This document shows positions 9,012 to 17,825 of a stretch of DNA of 64,000 nucleotides, one piece after another. Origin of the DNA: Gemmatimonadales bacterium (GTDB taxonomy: Bacteria > Gemmatimonadota > Gemmatimonadetes > Gemmatimonadales > GWC2-71-9); contig JBFJHJ010000003.1 in NCBI GenBank assembly GCA_041613315.1, positions 1 through 64,000 of the forward strand. The letters run 5' to 3'. The position numbers were made by a program, and so were the translations under genes. The notes under the pieces are model-generated. The model did not search any database. It was not told the origin of the DNA and worked only from the letters and a program-made list of their open reading frames with translations. Position 1 is the stretch's first letter; each line of letters begins with the position of its first letter.

Positions 9012-10490
9012 ATGGCCGACCCGCATCTCCCCGCCGACCAGCGCGCGTCCATCGCGGACTCCCTCCAGGGGTCGGAGGGGCTCCTGCGCCACGGGGGTCG
9101 TGACTTCCTGCTGCAGCTCTACGCCGCGCTCCGGGCGCTCAAGCTCTACCCCGTCGAGAACGACCAGGTGCAGCGTACGCTGGCGGAGCTCACGCAGTCC
9201 GCCACCCACCTGCTCGGCGTGGAGGAGGAGCTGGAGGTGCGGATGGCCGGGGAGTTCATCTTCGTCAACTCCACGCGGCTCCGGCTCGACCTCGACAACT
9301 TCGCCACGTTCAGCCACGTCTTGACGACGCTCCGGCAGGCCGGCGTGGGGGTGCTCCGTATCGATCAGCCGGTCGACCAGCGCCAGTGGCAGATGGTCGT
9401 ATCCCTGCTCCTGGCCTTCGCCGGCCGCGAGCCGGATCCCAACAAGACCCACGAGCTGCAGCAGCGGCTCCGAGAAGCCGCCGTCCACCAGGTGACGGTC
9501 GAGCCGCCGGCCGAGGCGGAGGATCTGGAGGACGAAGAGAAAGCGCGCGAGGTCGCGAAGCGCACCTACGAGCGCTCGGTCGCCGTCACCAAGGAAGTGG
9601 TGAACAGTGTGCGCATGGGGCGGAGCGCCAACGTCAAGAAAGTGAAGCGCGCCGTCCAGAGCATCGTGGACCAGGTGCTCAAGAACGAAGTGTCGCTGGT
9701 CGGCCTGACGACCATTCGGGACTACGATGAGTACACGTTCACCCACTCGGTGAATGTGTGCATCTTCAGCATCTCGATCGGCAAGCGGCTCGGGCTCACG
9801 AAGCTCCAGTTGTACGACCTGGGACTGGCGGCGCTGTTCCACGACGTGGGCAAGAGTCGCGTGCCGCTGGAGATCCTGAACAAGGAGGGTGCGCTCACCG
9901 ACGAAGAGTGGCGCGTCATGCAGGCCCACCCCTGGCTCGGCGTGCTGACGCTCTTCAGCCTGCGGGGTTACGGCGAGATCCCGTACCGTCCCATGATCGC
10001 CGCGTACGAGCATCACATGAAGATCGATCTGACCGGCTACCCGCGGACCCTGCGTCCGCGCCAGCTCTCGGTCTTCTCGAAAATCGTCGCCGTCGCCGAT
10101 GCCTTCGATGCGGCGACCAGCCGGCGCGCCTACCAGACGGTGCCGCTCCAGCCGGACCAGGTGCTCAAGGAGATGTGGGAGAATCCGCGCCGCGGGTTCG
10201 ACCCCGCGCTCGTCAAGGCCCTCATCAATCTCCTGGGCATCTACCCGGTCGGGACCTGCGTGGTGCTGGACAGCTTCGAGTTGGGGATCGTGCACTCCGC
10301 CAATCCCGACCCCACGCAACTCCATCGGCCCGTGGTGCGGGTCGTCAGCACGCCCGAAGGCGCGATCCAGACGCCTGGGCACGTCGTGGACCTGTCGGAG
10401 ACGAAACCGGACGGCTCGTTCAAGCGGTCCATTATCAAGGTGACGGATCCGGCCAAGTACGGGATCAATCCCGGCGACTATTTTGTCTGA
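9012..10490 (+). CDS. HD-GYP domain protein (putative cyclic di-nucleotide phosphodiesterase)
   Basis: YTFTHSVNV, LFHDVGK, HPWLG, EHH..DLTGYP, VADAFDA and R.Y motifs, followed by the C-terminal GIYPVGT extension. Confidence 0.9.
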   Translation: MADPHLPADQRASIADSLQGSEGLLRHGGRDFLLQLYAALRALKLYPVENDQVQRTLAELTQSATHLLGVEEELEVRMAGEFIFVNSTRLRLDLDNFATFSHVLTTLRQAGVGVLRIDQPVDQRQWQMVVSLLLAFAGREPDPNKTHELQQRLREAAVHQVTVEPPAEAEDLEDEEKAREVAKRTYERSVAVTKEVVNSVRMGRSANVKKVKRAVQSIVDQVLKNEVSLVGLTTIRDYDEYTFTHSVNVCIFSISIGKRLGLTKLQLYDLGLAALFHDVGKSRVPLEILNKEGALTDEEWRVMQAHPWLGVLTLFSLRGYGEIPYRPMIAAYEHHMKIDLTGYPRTLRPRQLSVFSKIVAVADAFDAATSRRAYQTVPLQPDQVLKEMWENPRRGFDPALVKALINLLGIYPVGTCVVLDSFELGIVHSANPDPTQLHRPVVRVVSTPEGAIQTPGHVVDLSETKPDGSFKRSIIKVTDPAKYGINPGDYFV

Positions 10491-11286
10491 CGCCGTGCTC
10501 CGCGCGCACTGGGCGGCCCTGAGAGCCGACCGGCGCGTCGCGCTCATTCCCTATCTGACCGCCGGCTACCCCACCCGCGACGCCAGTCTCGAGGCGCTGG
10601 GGATGATGGAGGCGGCGGGGGCGGACCTCGTCGAGGTGGGGATCCCGTTCAGCGACCCGCTGGCGGACGGCCCCGTGATTCAGCACGCGAGTCAGGTGGC
10701 GCTCAACGGGGGCATGACGGTGGCCGGTACGCTGGCGCTGATTCGCGAGGCGTCCGTCGGGATTCCCGTAATTGCGTTCGGCTACTTGAACCCGCTCCTT
10801 CGCTACGGAGTCGAGCGCTTCCTGGACGACGCGGCCGCCGCCGGCGTGGCGGGCCTGCTGATTACCGATCTGCCGGGCCAGGAGGACCGCGCCCTGGCCG
10901 CGGCGGTCCGCGCGAGCCCGCTCGCGCTGATCACGCTCGTCGCGCCGACGACGACGGAGGACCGGGCGCGCGAGGTGCTGCGGGACGCCGAAGGGTTTGT
11001 GTACCTCATCTCCCGCTTAGGCGTGACCGGTGCCCAGACGACGCTCGACGAGCGCGTCACCGCCGCCGTGGCGCGGATCCGGCGAGCGACCACGCTGCCG
11101 GTGGCGGTGGGATTCGGGATCGCCGGCGGCGCGCAGGCCGCGGCGGCCGCGCGGATCGCCGACGGCGTGGTCGTGGGCAGCGCGCTCCTGCGGCGCCTGG
11201 ACGCCGGTCTCGCCGCGGCCCGAGCGCTGTTGCACGAGCTTCGCGTGGCGCTCGACGCGAGCGCTGCGGCGGTGGCGGGGAGTTAG
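10483..11286 (+). CDS. trpA: Tryptophan synthase alpha chain
   Basis: YLTAGYP, EVGIPFSDPLADGPVIQ, GVTG, VGFGI, DGVVVGSA. Confidence 0.96.
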   Translation: MSDAVLRAHWAALRADRRVALIPYLTAGYPTRDASLEALGMMEAAGADLVEVGIPFSDPLADGPVIQHASQVALNGGMTVAGTLALIREASVGIPVIAFGYLNPLLRYGVERFLDDAAAAGVAGLLITDLPGQEDRALAAAVRASPLALITLVAPTTTEDRAREVLRDAEGFVYLISRLGVTGAQTTLDERVTAAVARIRRATTLPVAVGFGIAGGAQAAAAARIADGVVVGSALLRRLDAGLAAARALLHELRVALDASAAAVAGS

Positions 11287-11287
11287 C

Positions 11288-13381
11288 GTGCCGCTGCGCC
11301 GGCGCACCGTCGCGACCGGATTCTCCGTCGGCCTGCGGTACGCCGGCACCGCGCTCCTCGCGACGCTGCTCTTCTGGGACAAGTCGTGGGTGCTGGTGTG
11401 GCAGGAGGCGATCGTGCTCACGGCGGCGACCGTGGCGTTCCGCATCTTCCAGCTCGCCCTCGGGAAGTACTCGTACGTCTCGCAAGTGGGGATCGTGACC
11501 CTGGCGGGGGCCCTCCTCGTTGGCCCGACTCCCACGGCGCTGGCCCTCGGGGTCGGGACGTTCATCGCCGATTGGGGGATCCAGCGGAAGGACGCCCGGG
11601 CCGCCTGGATCAACGCCACGCGGGAGATCGTCAGTCTCGCCGTGGCGTTTGGTTTCTACGCGGGAGCGCTGCGCGCGGCGGGGACCCGAACGCCCCTCAG
11701 CTTCGACGCGGCGCCTGCCCTGATGATCTTCGCAATCGGCTACCTCGTCGTGTCGCGAACCCTGTTCTACTATTCCCTGGCCGTGCGTCAGAAGCTCATG
11801 GCGGACGAGCAGCTCTTCATCCTCCGCTATGAAGTCGTGGGAGCGGGGCTCACGCTCGCCGGCGCGGCGATCACGGTGTCCACCGTGGTGTCGCTCCCGC
11901 CCCTCGCGTGGCCGTTCATCGCGGTGCCGGCGGGGTTCGGCGCGTTCGCTATCCACCGGATCCTCGAAGAGGCGATCCAGGCCGAGGAGTTGAACAAGAT
12001 CCACGGCATGGAGGTCGCGGTGTCCAGCACCGCGGGTCTGGATGACGTGCTTGCCGACATCGAGCGGCTCGCACACCGGATCCTCGACTGGAACGACTTC
12101 CGCGTGTATCGCCGCACGGACGGCTTCGAGTTGTTCTATCGGGGACGGATCGGCGTGTTCGACGCCGCCGGTGCCGCCGCCCTGGATGAGCTGCGCGGCG
12201 AGGCGTACGCGTGGCGCACGCCCGTGGTGGTGGACGACGCGGAGCGGGATCCCCGCACGGTGCACATGCCTCGCAATGTCGCCAGCGTCGTGATCCAACC
12301 GCTCACGTTCGGCGGTGATTTCATCGGCACGCTCGAAGTGGAGCATCACAAACGGCGCGAGTACGGCCGGCGGCAGCTGGCGCTCATCGAGACGTGTGCC
12401 CGACGCGTCGCCACCGCGATGCACATCGATGACCTGCGCCGGCCCCTGGTGGATACCGTGGAGCGCATCGCCCTGCAGGTGCAGGACCTCCGGAAGCTCG
12501 CCGAGGCACTCCAGGAAGCCGCGACGGCGATGGCGGCGTCGACCGAGGCCATCGGCGGCGGACTGGCGCAGCAGGGATCCGAGATCGCTCAAGGGCTGCA
12601 GGTGACGTCCGAGCTCACGGAGGCGACCCGGCGCGTCGTGGGGGAGAGCGGCGAAGCGGTCAGTGCCAGCGGCCTCGCGAGCGACACGGCCGAGCGCCAC
12701 CGCCGCACGATCGCCGATGCCATGGAGCGGCTGGTCGCGTTCAAGGGGTTCGTGGCGGAGAGCTCGGCGAAAGTGCGGGAGTTGGGAAGTGCGAGCCGCC
12801 GCATCTTCCGCTTCCTGAATTCGATCCGGGAGATCGCCGACCTGACCAACCTGCTGGCACTCAACGCGGCGATCGAAGCAGCCCGTGCCGGAGCGCAGGG
12901 CAAGGGGTTCGGGGAAGTCGCGCGGGAGGTGCGGAGCCTCGCCGAGCAAAGCGCCCGAGCCACCGCGGAGGCGGGGCAGCTCGTGGAGGACATGCAAGCG
13001 CGGCTCAAGGAAGTGATCGAGCACATGCGACGCGGCCAGGTGGTCGTGGGCGGCGTTGAGGAGATGAGCAGCGAGGGACTCGACGCGCTGGAGTCGATCG
13101 CGGGCGCCACCCGGCGGGCCAAGGAGCACGCCCGGCGCATCGCCGAGACGGCCGAGGCGCAAAGCACGACGTTCAGCCGCCTGCGAGATCGGATCAGCGG
13201 CGTCGCCGACATCTCGACGCTCAACCGTCGCGACGCCAACGCCGTGCACGAGTGGGCGCAGCAGGTGACACAAGGCATCGAACGGATCGGTCACGCGACC
13301 CGCGAGCTGGACGCCATCGCGGTCATGCTCGCCGACATCACGCGCCGGTTCACGACGCGGGTGTCCGACAACGGCTTTTGA
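11288..13381 (+). CDS. Methyl-accepting chemotaxis-like protein: multi-TM N-terminus, GAF domain, MA signalling domain
   Basis: About 7-8 hydrophobic segments; GAF-like VVVDDAERDPR...SVVIQPLTFGGDFIGTLEV; signalling hairpin IADLTNLLALNAAIEAARAGAQGKGFGEVAREVRSLAEQS. Confidence 0.88.
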   Translation: MPLRRRTVATGFSVGLRYAGTALLATLLFWDKSWVLVWQEAIVLTAATVAFRIFQLALGKYSYVSQVGIVTLAGALLVGPTPTALALGVGTFIADWGIQRKDARAAWINATREIVSLAVAFGFYAGALRAAGTRTPLSFDAAPALMIFAIGYLVVSRTLFYYSLAVRQKLMADEQLFILRYEVVGAGLTLAGAAITVSTVVSLPPLAWPFIAVPAGFGAFAIHRILEEAIQAEELNKIHGMEVAVSSTAGLDDVLADIERLAHRILDWNDFRVYRRTDGFELFYRGRIGVFDAAGAAALDELRGEAYAWRTPVVVDDAERDPRTVHMPRNVASVVIQPLTFGGDFIGTLEVEHHKRREYGRRQLALIETCARRVATAMHIDDLRRPLVDTVERIALQVQDLRKLAEALQEAATAMAASTEAIGGGLAQQGSEIAQGLQVTSELTEATRRVVGESGEAVSASGLASDTAERHRRTIADAMERLVAFKGFVAESSAKVRELGSASRRIFRFLNSIREIADLTNLLALNAAIEAARAGAQGKGFGEVAREVRSLAEQSARATAEAGQLVEDMQARLKEVIEHMRRGQVVVGGVEEMSSEGLDALESIAGATRRAKEHARRIAETAEAQSTTFSRLRDRISGVADISTLNRRDANAVHEWAQQVTQGIERIGHATRELDAIAVMLADITRRFTTRVSDNGF

Positions 13382-13407
13382 CACGGAGGCCGGCCCCGCG
13401 GTACCAT
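13378..13407 (+). promoter_or_regulatory. Sigma70-type promoter for folB (leaderless)
   Basis: TTGACA-N18-TACCAT, 6 nt before GTG 13414. Confidence 0.65.
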
Positions 13408-13413
13408 ACGCGC

Positions 13414-13791
13414 GTGGGGTCCAACGATTGTATCAGCCTCAAGGGCATGCGGTTCCACACGTGCGTCGGCCTCCTGCCGCACGAGACGCTCGTGCCCCAG
13501 CCGCTCGAACTCGACCTGACGATCTGGCGATCGTTGAAGAGCGTGGGGGAGACCGACTCGCCCCGAGAAATGCTGGACTACCGCGATCTCTACACGCTCG
13601 TCGCGGAGACGGTCGGGGCGAGTCACCATCGCCTCCTCGAGGCGTTGTGCGAGAAGATTGCCGGGCGCGCGCTCGAGCTCGGCGAGGTCGAGCGCGTGCG
13701 CGTCGCCGCCCGCAAGCCGCACGCGCCGCTCAGCGGACCGGTGGACTACGTCGAAGTGGTGCTGGAGCGGGTCCGTGACGCGCAACCCTGA
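13414..13791 (+). CDS. folB: Dihydroneopterin aldolase
   Basis: ISLKGMRFHTCVGLLPHE, LDYRDLY, LLEALCEKIA, RKPHAP; adjacent to folK. Confidence 0.9.
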   Translation: MGSNDCISLKGMRFHTCVGLLPHETLVPQPLELDLTIWRSLKSVGETDSPREMLDYRDLYTLVAETVGASHHRLLEALCEKIAGRALELGEVERVRVAARKPHAPLSGPVDYVEVVLERVRDAQP

Positions 13792-14194
13792 GTGGGCCTT
13801 CGTCGCCCTCGGCTCGAACGTCGGTGACCGAACGGCGCACCTGACCTATGCCCGGGAGCGCCTGGCCGCGCTGCCGGACACCACCCTGATCGCCACCAGC
13901 GTGGTCGAGGAGACCGCGTCGCTGGGACCAGAGCAGCCGCCGTACCTGAACCAGATGGTCCTCCTTCACACGCGACTCACGCCGCACGAGCTGCTGCGGC
14001 AGTGCCTGGCCATCGAGCGCGAGCGGGGGCGTGTGCGCCGCGAGCGATGGGCGCCGCGCACCCTCGATCTGGACATCGTGCGCTATGGCCGCGCCGTTGT
14101 CGCCACCCCCGAGCTGACCGTGCCGCATCCCGAGCTCGCCCACCGACCGTTCTGGCAGCGCGAACTCGCGGAACTCGAGCCTCATGTCGGATAA
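13775..14194 (+). CDS. folK: HPPK (2-amino-4-hydroxy-6-hydroxymethyldihydropteridine diphosphokinase)
   Basis: VALGSNVG, YLNQ, IE..GRVRRERWAPRTLDLDI, LTVPHP. Confidence 0.94.
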   Translation: MTRNPEWAFVALGSNVGDRTAHLTYARERLAALPDTTLIATSVVEETASLGPEQPPYLNQMVLLHTRLTPHELLRQCLAIERERGRVRRERWAPRTLDLDIVRYGRAVVATPELTVPHPELAHRPFWQRELAELEPHVG

Positions 14195-14999
14195 GCCGCG
14201 CCGGATCACGACCCACGAGCTCGCCCGCATGAAACGGGACGGCGAGAAGATCGTCATGCTCACGGCGTACGACGCGCTGTTCGCAGCGCTGGTGGATCAG
14301 GCCGGCGTCGACATCGTGTTGGTGGGGGACTCGGTGAATACGGTGTTGTGCGGCCAGGAGACGACGCTCAGTGCCACACTGGACCAGATGATCTACCACG
14401 GACGCATCGTCCGGCTGGGCGCCCGCCGGGCGCAGGTCGTGGTCGACATGCCGTTCATGAGCTATCAGGTCTCGATCGAAACCGCGAAGCACAACGTGGG
14501 ACGGGTGCTCAAGGAGACGGATGCGCACGCAGTCAAGCTCGAGGGCGGCGCCCCTGTCGTCCCCACGGTGCGCGCGCTCAGCGAGATGGGCGTGGCCGTG
14601 ATGGGCCACCTGGGCTTTACGCCGCAGTCGGTGCACGCCCTTGGAGGGCATCGCATCCAAGGGCGCGACGCCGCGGCCGCGGATCGGTTGGTCGCCGATG
14701 CGCAGGCGCTCGAGGAGGCCGGTGCCTACAGTCTGGTCCTGGAGCTCGTCCCGTCGGCGGTGGCCCGGCGGGTCACCGAGGCGGTTGGGATCCCCACGAT
14801 CGGCATCGGGTCGGGCCCCGCGTGCGACGGTCAGGTTCTCGTGCTCCACGACATGCTGGGCCTCAACGTTGGATTCGCCCCGAAATTCCTCAAGCCGTAC
14901 GCGGCGCTGGCGGAGGCCGTCGAGACAGCCGTGCGGACGTTCGGCCGGGAGGTGCGCGACGGCACGTACCCGGACGACGCGCACAGCTACGACGCGTGA
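14184..14999 (+). CDS. panB: 3-methyl-2-oxobutanoate hydroxymethyltransferase
   Basis: MLTAYD, LVGDS, DMPFMSY, VKLEGG, GHLGFTPQS, DGQVLV. Confidence 0.97.
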   Translation: MSDKPRRITTHELARMKRDGEKIVMLTAYDALFAALVDQAGVDIVLVGDSVNTVLCGQETTLSATLDQMIYHGRIVRLGARRAQVVVDMPFMSYQVSIETAKHNVGRVLKETDAHAVKLEGGAPVVPTVRALSEMGVAVMGHLGFTPQSVHALGGHRIQGRDAAAADRLVADAQALEEAGAYSLVLELVPSAVARRVTEAVGIPTIGIGSGPACDGQVLVLHDMLGLNVGFAPKFLKPYAALAEAVETAVRTFGREVRDGTYPDDAHSYDA

Positions 15000-15886
15000 T
15001 CACGCTGGCCAAGCCGGCCGAGATGCGCGCGTGGTCCCGGCGCCAGCGTGCCGGGCGCCATCGTATCGGCCTCGTCCCCACGATGGGGTTTCTCCACGAG
15101 GGACACCTGCGCCTCGTCGACCGTGCCCGGGAGCGCACCGAGGAGGTGGTGGTCAGCATCTTCGTCAATCCCCTCCAGTTCGGGCCCGGGGAGGACTTCG
15201 CGAGCTACCCTCGGGATCCGGCGCGCGACCACGCCGCCCTCGAGGCGCGAGGGACGGCGTGCTTGTTTGCTCCCGACCTGTCAACGATGTATGGCGGCAC
15301 GTCGCCGATCCGCGTCGAGCCCGGCGCGCTGGCGGACCACCTGTGCGGTCCGCACCGCCCTGGGCACTTCGCGGGTGTGCTGACCGTGGTGGCGAAGCTG
15401 CTCCACATCGTCGAGCCGGACGTCGCGATCTTCGGACGCAAGGACGCGCAGCAGGCGATTCTCATCCGGCGCATGGTGACCGAGCTCGATTTCCCGACGG
15501 AGATCGACGTCGCCCCCACGGTGCGCGAGGCCGACGGTCTCGCGCTCAGTTCCCGGAACACGTACCTCACGCCCGAGGAGCGCCGCATCGCCCCGGTCTT
15601 GGCCCGCGGGCTGGAGGCGGCCCATGCCGCGTTCCGTGGGGGGACCCGTGACGCCGCCGGGCTGCTCGACGTCGCCCGGCGCACCATCACCGCCGAACCG
15701 GCCGTCGAGCTGGAGTACGTGGAGGCGGTGGATCCTCACGATCTGCAGACGATCACGCACGCCACACCGGAGACCATTGTGGCCGTGGCCGCACGCCTGG
15801 GGCGGGCGCGGCTGATCGACAACATCGTCGTGGGCGAAGGAACGGCGGGGGATCCGCGCGTCCACTCGGCGACGGCGTCCGGATGA
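14996..15886 (+). CDS. panC: Pantoate--beta-alanine ligase
   Basis: VPTMGFLHEGH, SIFVNPLQF, RPGHFAGV, FGRKDAQQ, DGLALSSRN, RLIDN. GTGA overlap with panB. Confidence 0.97.
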   Translation: MITLAKPAEMRAWSRRQRAGRHRIGLVPTMGFLHEGHLRLVDRARERTEEVVVSIFVNPLQFGPGEDFASYPRDPARDHAALEARGTACLFAPDLSTMYGGTSPIRVEPGALADHLCGPHRPGHFAGVLTVVAKLLHIVEPDVAIFGRKDAQQAILIRRMVTELDFPTEIDVAPTVREADGLALSSRNTYLTPEERRIAPVLARGLEAAHAAFRGGTRDAAGLLDVARRTITAEPAVELEYVEAVDPHDLQTITHATPETIVAVAARLGRARLIDNIVVGEGTAGDPRVHSATASG

Positions 15887-16434
15887 GGCGCCCCGCCGTG
15901 CGCCTGCCCCCGTGGGCGCACCTCAGCGCGGCACGACGCCAACACGTCGAGCGGGTGGCGGTGCTCGTGGGACAGTGGGCGGACGTCCTGGGCGTGCCGG
16001 CGACGGAACGAGACCGGTGGCTCCGCGCCGTGGCGCTGCACGATGCGCTCAAGGATGCGCCGGCGCCGCTGCTGCACGAGCTCGCCCCCGACGCGTGGGG
16101 CGTGGATGCGCTCCGTCACGGTCCGGCCGCGGCGGTTCGGGCCGCGCGCGAGGGCGAGACCGACCGCGGGGTGCTGGACGCCGTCCGATACCATTCCGTG
16201 GGCTTCGGGGCGTGGGACGCGGCCGGGCGCATGCTCTATCTCGGCGACTACCTGGAGCCCGGCCGGGCATTCGCCCGCGACGAACGGTCGGCGCTCGCCG
16301 CGCGCGTGCCGGAGGATCCCGCGGGCGCGCTGCGCGAGGTCGCACGGCGCCGGATCGGGGCGGTCCTCGACGCCGGGCTGCCGCTGCTCCCGGAGACGGT
16401 CGACTTCTGGAATGCCCTGACGTGCGGAGACTGA
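15883..16434 (+). CDS. HD-domain hydrolase, YqeK-like
   Basis: RRQHVERV, LHDALK, HGPAAA, AVRYHSVG, LYLGDYLEPGR match the YqeK motif order. Confidence 0.75.
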   Translation: MRRPAVRLPPWAHLSAARRQHVERVAVLVGQWADVLGVPATERDRWLRAVALHDALKDAPAPLLHELAPDAWGVDALRHGPAAAVRAAREGETDRGVLDAVRYHSVGFGAWDAAGRMLYLGDYLEPGRAFARDERSALAARVPEDPAGALREVARRRIGAVLDAGLPLLPETVDFWNALTCGD

Positions 16435-16826
16435 GCGCGGGAATCGGGGTGGTGACCCTCGCGGTGGGGGTGGGGGCCTGGCTGTGGTGGCGGGACGGTG
16501 GCGAGCGACCGCATCCCGTCCCGGGCGAGAGGGACCGCGTCACGGTCGAAGTGCTGAACGCCACCGGCGTGGACGGGTTGGCGCGCGAGATGAGCCGGCG
16601 GCTGCGACACCAGGGGGTCGACGTGGTGTACTTCGGCACCGCCCGCATGGAGACCCTGACGGTCACCAGGATCGTGGTCCGGCGCGGGGATTCCAGCGGG
16701 GCGTATCGGGTGCGGGACGCCCTTGGGGCCGGTACGATCGTCGCCGACTACGACCCCCGGCTGTTACTCGACGTGAGCGTTCTCCTCGGCCGCGACCTGG
16801 CGACGGCGCTCGACCGCAACCCGTAG
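16422..16826 (+). CDS. Membrane-anchored LytR C-terminal (LytR_C) domain protein
   Basis: N-terminal TM helix, then VTVEVLNATGVDGLA...DVSVLLGRD. Confidence 0.8.
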   Translation: MRRLSAGIGVVTLAVGVGAWLWWRDGGERPHPVPGERDRVTVEVLNATGVDGLAREMSRRLRHQGVDVVYFGTARMETLTVTRIVVRRGDSSGAYRVRDALGAGTIVADYDPRLLLDVSVLLGRDLATALDRNP

Positions 16827-17825
16827 CTGCCCGCACGCCGCCTCGATATCGAGGCCGCGGCTCCGGCGAACGGTTGCCGCGACACCCAAGTCCCGCAGGC
16901 GGCGAGCGAAGTGCCGCATCTGGTCGGGCGGGGAGGGGGCGAGATCGGGCGCGCCCCCAGGGTGGAGGGGGAGGAGGTTCACGAAGGCGCCGAGCGGGCG
17001 CGCGAGCGCCGCAAGTGCCGTGGCGTCGCCCTCGGCGTCGTTCACGCCGCGGATCATCACGTACTCGAACGTGACGCGCCGTGGGAAGCGGCGCAGGACC
17101 TCGAGCACCTGCGGCAGCGCGTACTTGCGCTCGACCGGCATGAGCGCCCGCCTTTGGCCGCTCGTCGGAGCATGGAGCGACAGCGCGACACGGAATTGCT
17201 CGGGGCGATCCGCCAGCGCCGTGAGCGCCGGCACGATCCCCACGGTACTCACCGTGATATGCCGCGCCCCGATGCCGAAGCCCGTCGGCGCATTGAGGAT
17301 CGTGAGCGCCTGATCCACCGCCGCCCAGTTGTGGAGCGGCTCCCCCATGCCCATGAACACGATGTTGGTCGCCCGAGCGAGCGTGTCGTCGAGCGCGACT
17401 TCTCGGACCTGAGCCGCGATCTCCCACGGCGCCAGGTGCCGGAGAAAGCCCATCCGTCCCGTCGCACAGAACACACATCCGTAGGCGCAGCCGGCCTGTG
17501 ACGAGATGCACAGCGTGCGCCGCTTGCGCTCGGGAATGAGCACGGACTCCACGAGGCCGTCCCGGCCGAAATCCCACAGGAACTTGACCGTGCCGTCGGT
17601 CGAGACCTGCCGGGCTTCGAGCGACGGTCGCGGCAGCGGGAAGGCGTCGTCCAACGCCACCCGGAGCGCGAGCGGGAGCTCGGTCGCGTCGACCCACGCG
17701 CGCACGGGGCGCTGCCAGAGCCGAGGCAGGATCTGGCGCGCCCGGTACGGCGGCGCGCCCTGTGCAGCGACCCACTCAGCGATGGCGCGCGCGGCAGCCG
17801 GGGGCGTCAAGTCGAGGAGGTTCAC
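16764..17825 (-). CDS. rlmN: 23S rRNA m2A2503 / tRNA radical-SAM methyltransferase
   Basis: CISSQAGCAYGCVFCATG, MGMGEPLHN, SLHA, DIEAACGQL. Confidence 0.96.
   Translation of the reverse strand: MNLLDLTPPAAARAIAEWVAAQGAPPYRARQILPRLWQRPVRAWVDATELPLALRVALDDAFPLPRPSLEARQVSTDGTVKFLWDFGRDGLVESVLIPERKRRTLCISSQAGCAYGCVFCATGRMGFLRHLAPWEIAAQVREVALDDTLARATNIVFMGMGEPLHNWAAVDQALTILNAPTGFGIGARHITVSTVGIVPALTALADRPEQFRVALSLHAPTSGQRRALMPVERKYALPQVLEVLRRFPRRVTFEYVMIRGVNDAEGDATALAALARPLGAFVNLLPLHPGGAPDLAPSPPDQMRHFARRLRDLGVAATVRRSRGLDIEAACGQLRVAVERRRQVAAEENAHVE

Noticed and set aside
8781..13384. Long antisense ORFs (e.g. 8781-10547, 11057-13384, also 29823-31847 and 59549-61477)
   Set aside because: Shadow frames of well-supported genes, expected from high GC3; they contain no protein motifs.
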